64,000 nt of DNA from Peptococcaceae bacterium UBA5755 (GTDB lineage Bacteria > Bacillota > Dehalobacteriia > UBA4068 > UBA5755), in contig DIFF01000012.1 of assembly GCA_002419005.1 (NCBI GenBank), forward strand, positions 147,455 through 211,454, read 5' to 3'. The notes below the pieces were generated by a model, which was not told the origin of the DNA, did no database searches, and saw nothing but the letters and a program-made list of their open reading frames with translations. This document shows, piece by piece, positions 58,153-64,000 of the stretch (the stretch's first letter is position 1; each line of letters begins with the position of its first letter). Both the position numbers and the translations under genes were made by a program.

Positions 58153-58776
58153 TTAATCTTCAATAAGCCAATGATTTAGCTGCCTCAATACTACCTGCCC
58201 ATCATCAAAAAAGTCAAGTTTGTTAATACTGGCCGTATCCAACCAAATTTGCCAAATGCGGGATAACGGCAAACCCAAAACAGCAGCCAAAATAAGCCTG
58301 ATGGCCCCACCATGAGAAACAATGAGAATAGTTTCTCCCATATGCTTGTCCACTATAGCCAAAACCGCTTCATAAATTCTTGCCTGAGCTTCAACAAAAC
58401 CTTCGCCGCCGGGTATAGCAAGTTCAGCTGGGTTTTCCCGCCATAGTTTGGCTTTTTGCGGCCAATTTTTCTGCATTTCCTGTAAAGTGCAACCTTCCCA
58501 TTCGCCTAAAGAAATCTCCCGCAAATCAACTTCAAGCTGCGGTTTTTTATCCTGCAAATGAGCAACATATCCGGCCGTTGCCACAGCCCTTTGCAAGTCC
58601 GAGGAATATATGGCAGATAAAGGAATATGAGCAAAATATTCCCCCAGCATCCCTGCCTGTTTTTGACCCTGCGGGTTCAACGGCGTGTCTGCCTGCCCCT
58701 GAAACCGTGAAGCCAGGTTCCAGTCTGTTTGTCCATGCCGCACCAAATATACTGTGCAAGCTCTTTTTTCTTTCAT
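58153..58776 (-). CDS. Histidine phosphatase family protein (phosphoglycerate mutase / CobC-like)
   Basis: 207 aa with the VYLVRHGQTDWN catalytic RHG motif and a later SHGG motif. Confidence 0.88.
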   Translation of the reverse strand: MKEKRACTVYLVRHGQTDWNLASRFQGQADTPLNPQGQKQAGMLGEYFAHIPLSAIYSSDLQRAVATAGYVAHLQDKKPQLEVDLREISLGEWEGCTLQEMQKNWPQKAKLWRENPAELAIPGGEGFVEAQARIYEAVLAIVDKHMGETILIVSHGGAIRLILAAVLGLPLSRIWQIWLDTASINKLDFFDDGQVVLRQLNHWLIED

Positions 58777-58802
58777 AATCTATCACCCTTGCCTACTTTT
58801 CT

Positions 58803-59048
58803 TCAAGCCTGTCCCTTTTGCATCTCCACAATGCGACAGTTCTGTTGCATAATTTTTTGTAAATATTCCTGCTGCTGTTTTTTTTGCAGGCTTTGTGCCT
58901 TTTCAAGCTCATAATGCAGATGCCGGCAGTCTCTTTCGGAACATTCTAACATTTGCAGCAACACCTGTCTGGAAAACCGCAGATCTTCCAGTCTTTTTTC
59001 CAGTCTTTTACTACGTTCAACCCAATATTCAACATCAACATCGTACAT
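58803..59048 (-). CDS. Hypothetical 81-aa coiled-coil protein
   Basis: ATG at 59048 with GGAGG 8 nt upstream, 46 nt after the PHP gene stop. Sequence: MYDVDVEYWVERSKRLEKRLEDLRF...ELEKAQSLQKKQQQEYLQKIMQQN. I recognise no family. The upstream part of the track ORF overlaps the PHP gene and is discarded. Confidence 0.5.
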   Translation of the reverse strand: MYDVDVEYWVERSKRLEKRLEDLRFSRQVLLQMLECSERDCRHLHYELEKAQSLQKKQQQEYLQKIMQQNCRIVEMQKGQA

Positions 59049-59094
59049 GGAAAGCACCTCCAAACAGTATTCTTTCCAAATAATATATTCAGCT

Positions 59095-59946
59095 TCAGTC
59101 TTTTTTAATCTGCCGGTCCAACATTTTTTCCACAACAGCCAAAGGCGTGGTGAAACGAGCAAAATTGTTAGCATGAAAATCCGACCCGCCGGTAACAAAA
59201 AGACCAAGTCTTTTTGCCAAGGCCAAGTAATGCTGTTCATCGCCTGTATTATGTCCAGGGTTATAGACTTCCAACCCCACCAAACCAAGAGCCATCAAAT
59301 CCTCAATTATCTCATCACATTTGGCCAAACCGGGGTGACTCCAAACAGCCACACCACCTGCCTTAACAATCAGTTTTATGGCTTCTTGCGGGGTATATTT
59401 GGGTCTGGGCACATAGGCCCGGCCGCCCTGAGAAAGCCAACCGCCAAAAGCAGCAGCAATGCTTGGTACATAACCAATTTCAACCATAGCCAAGGCAATA
59501 TGCGGCCGGCCAATGGAACCGCTGCCCGCTAGCTGCCAAACCCGCTCGGTAGATAGGGGATACCCTAGTTCAGCAAGACGAGCTAAAATTTGTTCAGCTC
59601 TTTTGGCTCGGTTTCCCTGCATTTCTAAAAGCTCCGCTAAAAACCACTCGGCGGCAAAATCTATGTCATAACCTAGTATATGCACATCCTTGTTTTGCCA
59701 AGTGCAACTTATCTCAATGCCAGGAACAAGCAAAATCTCTTCTTTTTTAGCCTCGGCCACTGCCTCGGCCACACAGCCAACATTATCATGATCTGTAATG
59801 CTCAGGCCGGCCAACCCTTCTCTTTTTGCCATCTGAATAATTTCACAAACACCAAAACTACCGTCGGAAGCTTTGGTGTGAACATGCATATCCACCCGCT
59901 GGGATTTTATCACAAATTCACCTTCTCCAAAATTTTTTACAAACAT
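59095..59946 (-). CDS. PHP-domain metal-dependent phosphoesterase (TrpH/YciV-like)
   Basis: 283 aa with VDMHVHTKASDGS, SITDHD, AHPG-like WSHPG and GGSDFH motifs. Confidence 0.88.
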   Translation of the reverse strand: MFVKNFGEGEFVIKSQRVDMHVHTKASDGSFGVCEIIQMAKREGLAGLSITDHDNVGCVAEAVAEAKKEEILLVPGIEISCTWQNKDVHILGYDIDFAAEWFLAELLEMQGNRAKRAEQILARLAELGYPLSTERVWQLAGSGSIGRPHIALAMVEIGYVPSIAAAFGGWLSQGGRAYVPRPKYTPQEAIKLIVKAGGVAVWSHPGLAKCDEIIEDLMALGLVGLEVYNPGHNTGDEQHYLALAKRLGLFVTGGSDFHANNFARFTTPLAVVEKMLDRQIKKD

Positions 59947-59985
59947 TTATTTATTACTTTATTTATAACGACAATATTCTCCATG

Positions 59986-60924
59986 TTAGGGTAAAATCTC
60001 CTGCAATATTCTAAGAAAATTCCCTCCCAACAAAGCTTCTATTTCTTTCTCATCATAACCTCTTTGCCACAAAACCTGCGGCAAAAAGGCCAAAGATTCC
60101 ACAGCTGCCAAACCGACTGGCATTTCTTCAGCTCCGTCAAAATCCGAGCCGATTCCCACATGCTCAATGCCACCAACTTTTACGGCATGATCAATCTGGC
60201 AAAGCACCTGATCCAAGCCGGCTGCTTTTTTAGATAAAAAATCTGGCACAAAGGTAATTCCCATTACCCCGCCTTGAGCCGCCAAAGCCACAATTTGCTC
60301 ATCTGTTAAATTGCGAGGGAAAAGAGGAAATTGATAAAGCCCGGCACAGCAGGCATGGCTAACCAGCAATGGTTTTTTGGCCACCGCCATTGTCTGCCAA
60401 AATGTGGTCTCAGAAGCATGGGCTAAATCTATGGCTATGCCCAAAGCCTCTGCTTTAGCAATCAACTCTTTCCCCCAAGCAGAAAGACCCGTTCCCGTTA
60501 TATCAGCACAACCTGCTGCCGCCCGGTTATTGTGGTTCCAGGTGAGCCCCAAACTGCGAAAACCCAAAGCAAAATAAATGTCCAGCATCCACAAATCCGG
60601 GCCCAAAAGATGTGCACCCTCTAAAGCAAAAAGCAAAGAACAGGAATTTTTAGCTAATTTTTTTAAATCCTCCTTGCTACGAACAATTTTTAGCTCATCC
60701 CCATGCTCCGCAATCACATTTAAAGCCCGGGCAACCAGCCGCAAATTTTCCCTCACTATTTCTTTTTCGCTCCATTCGGTATCATCCAAAAAGAAAGCAC
60801 AAAATTGCAAATCAACAAAACGACTAATCCTAAAAAGATCGCTTTGACTCCCTTTGGGGGCCTGCCAAAGCTCGGTTGCCGCCGTTTTGGTTAAGGTGTC
60901 GCAATGAGCATCAACCATCCACAT
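59986..60924 (-). CDS. M19-family membrane dipeptidase-like metallopeptidase
   Basis: 312 aa from the ATG at 60924 (AGAGGGA SD), with VDAHCDTL, LTWNHNN, DLAHAS, SHACC and GSDFDG motifs. Confidence 0.85.
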   Translation of the reverse strand: MWMVDAHCDTLTKTAATELWQAPKGSQSDLFRISRFVDLQFCAFFLDDTEWSEKEIVRENLRLVARALNVIAEHGDELKIVRSKEDLKKLAKNSCSLLFALEGAHLLGPDLWMLDIYFALGFRSLGLTWNHNNRAAAGCADITGTGLSAWGKELIAKAEALGIAIDLAHASETTFWQTMAVAKKPLLVSHACCAGLYQFPLFPRNLTDEQIVALAAQGGVMGITFVPDFLSKKAAGLDQVLCQIDHAVKVGGIEHVGIGSDFDGAEEMPVGLAAVESLAFLPQVLWQRGYDEKEIEALLGGNFLRILQEILP

Positions 60925-61049
60925 TATTATTCCCTCTTTCTTTATAAAAAGAACCAACAAAAATCAGCTTGCCCAAGCAAACAACTTTTATTGGCCCTTA
61001 AATATCAGTCCTTATTATCTTATTAATATATAAAATAAGTATTTTTTAT

Positions 61050-61829
61050 TCAGCAAACAAAGCTAATTGTTTCCACATTTTTGGTTTTGCCGGTATCCTC
61101 CAGATCAAAAACCACTGCATTAAACTGATTTTCCCCAGCTGCCAAACCATAAGGACAAGGCATTTGCGTAATAAAACGCTTAATAACTGGCTCCGGATCC
61201 AAGCCCAAAACAGAATCTCGCGGGCCGGTCATACCTACATCGGTCAAATACCCAGTACCTTTGGGCAAAATGCGGGCATCATTGGTTTGTACATGGGTAT
61301 GAGTACCGCTAACAGCACTTACCCGGCCATCCAAATGCCAACCCATGGCTACCTTTTCCGAGGTTGCCTCCGCATGCCAATCCACAAAAATATATGGTGT
61401 AATTTTTTGCACTTCGGCCAAAATCGCATCCACAGTATGAAAAGGACAATCTGGTTGCCAAGAACCCATATAAACCCGACCCAAAAGATTAATAACCGCT
61501 ACCTGTTTATCCCCGCAAGCAAAAACTCGCCAGCCCCGGCCAGGAGTTTCGGCCGGCAAATTAGCCGGCCGCAGCAAACGTTCTTCTCTATCAATAAAAT
61601 TATAAATATCTTTATTGTCCCAAACATGGTTGCCCATGGTCACGGCATCAATGCCCAAAGTAAGCATCTCGGCCAAGCCTTTTTTGTTTAGGCCAGCGCG
61701 GCCGGAAGCATTTTCCCCGTTAACCACCGTAAAATCTATTTTATATTTCCATTGAACTTTAGCTAAATGCTGCTCCAGTGCCTCCCGGCCAGGTCTACCC
61801 ACAACATCGCCAACAAAAAGCATTCGCAT
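61050..61829 (-). CDS. ymdB: YmdB-family metallophosphoesterase (2',3'-cyclic-nucleotide phosphodiesterase, TIGR00282)
   Basis: 259 aa with MRMLFVGDVVGRPGR, NGENA, MGNHVWD, DWHAEATSEK and GTHTHVQT motifs. Confidence 0.92.
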   Translation of the reverse strand: MRMLFVGDVVGRPGREALEQHLAKVQWKYKIDFTVVNGENASGRAGLNKKGLAEMLTLGIDAVTMGNHVWDNKDIYNFIDREERLLRPANLPAETPGRGWRVFACGDKQVAVINLLGRVYMGSWQPDCPFHTVDAILAEVQKITPYIFVDWHAEATSEKVAMGWHLDGRVSAVSGTHTHVQTNDARILPKGTGYLTDVGMTGPRDSVLGLDPEPVIKRFITQMPCPYGLAAGENQFNAVVFDLEDTGKTKNVETISFVC

Positions 61830-61855
61830 ATTATTTTTCCTCTATCAATCATTTT

Positions 61856-62374
61856 TTACTTCTGATTATACACCAAAACCTGACCATTTTCTCTATAGGC
61901 AATTATTTTGCTGTATGTTTTTTTCTTCTGAGCCTTCTGCCAAAAAGATTCTATACTTTCATCACCAATATAATTACCAGCAAAACTATCACCTTCCACT
62001 CCGGCCAAAGCACCCACATCTTCCTGAAGCAAAAAATCTATGACAAATTGCAGTTCCTTCACAGAAAAAGTATCCCAATCTCTAATCAAAGCAAACTGCC
62101 AATATGTATTATCTCCTATTACATCAATGTCAAAAAAATTTATTTTAACTTTGTTTAATTTATAATAAGCATTCAGTGCTTCTTTCAAATGGGCAGCCAT
62201 TGCTGCAAAAAAGCCCTCTGTTTTTTGGTTCAAAATCATAAAAGTAAATTGAAGGCGTTTGTTTTGAATATCAAGGCTTAATCTGTTTACTTCCGGGTAT
62301 CGCAACAACATAGCAATCAAAAGTCCGGTCATATTAGTTAAAGCCTTTTTTTCTTTTTTATCTTTAATTTTCAT
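61856..62374 (-). CDS. Hypothetical protein, no recognised family, inserted between rny and ymdB
   Basis: 172-aa ORF on the same strand as its neighbours. Its stop lies 26 nt upstream of the ymdB start, and it follows the rny terminator. I see no TM segments and no motif I recognise. Confidence 0.55.
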   Translation of the reverse strand: MKIKDKKEKKALTNMTGLLIAMLLRYPEVNRLSLDIQNKRLQFTFMILNQKTEGFFAAMAAHLKEALNAYYKLNKVKINFFDIDVIGDNTYWQFALIRDWDTFSVKELQFVIDFLLQEDVGALAGVEGDSFAGNYIGDESIESFWQKAQKKKTYSKIIAYRENGQVLVYNQK

Positions 62375-62465
62375 TTTGCTGCCGCCTTTAATCTAATTTA
62401 TATGTTTAAAAAATTATACCACAAAACATTCCGCTTGCAAAAACCACCACATTGGCTCAAAGTTG

Positions 62466-62493
62466 TTAAAAAAGGCCCTCCCTTGGAGGGCCT
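62466..62493 (-). terminator. Rho-independent terminator after rny
   Basis: On the minus strand, aggccctcc-aag-ggagggcct forms a 9-bp GC-rich stem followed by TTTTTAACAA. Confidence 0.8.
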
Positions 62494-62509
62494 TTAAGTA
62501 GAGCAAAGC

Positions 62510-64000
62510 CTATTTGGCATATTCAGTAACTCTGGTTTCTCGAATTACAACAACTTTAATTTGACCGGGATATTCTAATTCCTCTTCAATTTTTTTGGCA
62601 ATATCACGCACCAAACGTTCAGCTATAACATCAGTAACCTTGTCTGGTTTAACCATAACTCTAATTTCTCTGCCAGCCTGAATCGCAAAAGATTTTTCCA
62701 CGCCTTCAAAAGATTCCGTAATTTCTTCTAGCTTTTGCAAACGTTTAATATAAGATTCCAAGGTTTCTCTTCTTGCCCCTGGACGAGCAGCAGAAACAGC
62801 ATCCGAAGCTTGCACCAGGGCAGCTTCAACCGTTTCTGTTTCAATATCGCCATGATGAGCGGCAATAGCATGTACAACCTCATAGGCCTCTTTATATTTT
62901 CTTGCAACATCAGCACCAATGGTTACGTGAGGGCCTTCCATCTCATGGTCAATGGCCTTGCCAATATCATGTAAAAGACCTGCTCTTTTAGCCAAAACAA
63001 CGTCGGCACCTAATTCTGCCGCCATCACACCGGCCAAATGGGCAACCTCTATGGAATGCTGCAAAACATTTTGCCCATAACTGGTACGGAACTTTAAACG
63101 GCCCAACAATCTAACCAGTTCTGGGTGTAAACCATGTACGCCAGTTTCAAAGGTAGCTTGTTCACCTGCATCCCTAATTCTCTGGTCAACCTCTTTTTGA
63201 GCTTTTTCCACCATTTCTTCAATTCTGGCAGGGTGAATACGGCCATCCTGAATTAGTTTTTCTAAGGCCACTCTGGCAACTTCCCGTCGCACAGGGTCAA
63301 ACCCGGAAAGAATAACAGCTTCTGGAGTATCATCAATAATCAAATCAATACCGGTCAGAGTTTCCAAAGTTCTAATATTCCGGCCTTCCCGCCCAATAAT
63401 CCTGCCCTTCATCTCGTCGTTGGGCAAGGGAACTACAGAAACGGTAGTTTCTGCCACATGATCTGCCGCCACCCGCTGAATAGCAGTAGTAACGATTTCC
63501 CTGGCTTTTTTGTCTGCTTCCTCTTTTGCCTGGGCTTCAATATCCCTAATCAAAATAGCGGTTTCATGCTTAATTTCTTCTTCCACTTGCCGCAAAAGCA
63601 TATCTTTTGCTTCTCCCGCAGAAATGCCAGAAATGCGTTCCAGTTCCTGCTGCATACGAGCGTTTAGCTCGTCTATCTTTTGTTTTTGAATATATATGTC
63701 ATGCTCTTTTTGGGACAAATTGTTTTCTTTTTGTTCTAACCCTTCCAGCTTGCGATCCAATGTTTCTTCTTTCTGAACCAACCTGCGTTCCTGACGGGTT
63801 ATTTCGTTGCGGCGTTCCTTGTTTTCTCTGTCAGCTTCCGAACGCATTCTGTGAATTTCATCCTTGGCTTCCAGCAATGCTTCCTTTTTTTTGGATTCTG
63901 CTTCTTTTTTTGCATCAATAATGATACGTTCCACAGATTCCTTGGCTACGCCCATTTTTGCCACAATCAGCTTTTTAGTAATTATCCAGCCAAACAAATA
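62510..64000 (-). CDS. rny: Ribonuclease Y, missing about 15-25 N-terminal codons (runs off the right edge)
   Basis: [16 protein letters not shown] coiled region, a KH domain ([24 protein letters not shown]), and an HD domain ([10 protein letters not shown]...LLHDIGKA). The reading frame is still open at 64000. Confidence 0.95.
   Translation of the reverse strand, partial: YLFGWIITKKLIVAKMGVAKESVERIIIDAKKEAESKKKEALLEAKDEIHRMRSEADRENKERRNEITRQERRLVQKEETLDRKLEGLEQKENNLSQKEHDIYIQKQKIDELNARMQQELERISGISAGEAKDMLLRQVEEEIKHETAILIRDIEAQAKEEADKKAREIVTTAIQRVAADHVAETTVSVVPLPNDEMKGRIIGREGRNIRTLETLTGIDLIIDDTPEAVILSGFDPVRREVARVALEKLIQDGRIHPARIEEMVEKAQKEVDQRIRDAGEQATFETGVHGLHPELVRLLGRLKFRTSYGQNVLQHSIEVAHLAGVMAAELGADVVLAKRAGLLHDIGKAIDHEMEGPHVTIGADVARKYKEAYEVVHAIAAHHGDIETETVEAALVQASDAVSAARPGARRETLESYIKRLQKLEEITESFEGVEKSFAIQAGREIRVMVKPDKVTDVIAERLVRDIAKKIEEELEYPGQIKVVVIRETRVTEYAK

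Overview
This window looks like core chromosome from a low-GC, endospore-forming, anaerobic Firmicute (Clostridia-like). The evidence is a pro-sigma-K gene, spoVD/spoVE-type division genes, ymdB/rny, and an Flx-Hdr redox operon. I call about 60 protein genes. All but three (8590..9135, 14332..16086, 49346..49837) are on the minus strand, and many are packed tightly enough to overlap at stop and start codons.

Reading left to right on the + strand:
- dxs (5' end only), an OapA-like membrane protein, and a roughly 0.6 kb G+C-rich noncoding block that I interpret as an OLE-class RNA
- yraN, rnhB, rbgA, aroK, yqeG, sigK, a PBP2-type transpeptidase and an M24 peptidase
- metK, coaBC, rpoZ, gmk, remA, an mIHF-like protein and yicC; rqcH lies on the + strand
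- pyrF, 6S RNA, aspS, hisS, an MBL hydrolase, dtd and relA
- a long dcw cluster: ftsZ, ftsQ, murA, murB, murC, murG, ftsW, murD, mraY, murE, pbp, ftsL, rsmH, mraZ
- a TPR membrane protein, a Fur-family regulator and ylbF
- a seven-gene hdrCBA-flxDCBA operon
- a LysM protein, hslO, a DUF1858 protein, dnaE, radC, an LCP protein, guaB, a histidine phosphatase, a PHP phosphoesterase, a dipeptidase, ymdB, an orphan ORF, and rny (5' end off the right edge)

I found no rRNA or tRNA genes, CRISPR arrays, transposases, integrases, prophage genes or recognisable defence islands. I could not identify a convincingly new multi-gene system. The most unusual loci are:
- the OLE-like RNA/OapA/dxs locus
- the 6S RNA downstream of aspS
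- the Flx-Hdr operon
- an actinobacterial-type mIHF homologue in a Firmicute-type operon
- two orphan ORFs (61856..62374 and 58803..59048)
- several perfect inverted or direct repeats in regulatory positions

All family assignments rest on motifs I recognised by eye and on gene order. No database search was run.
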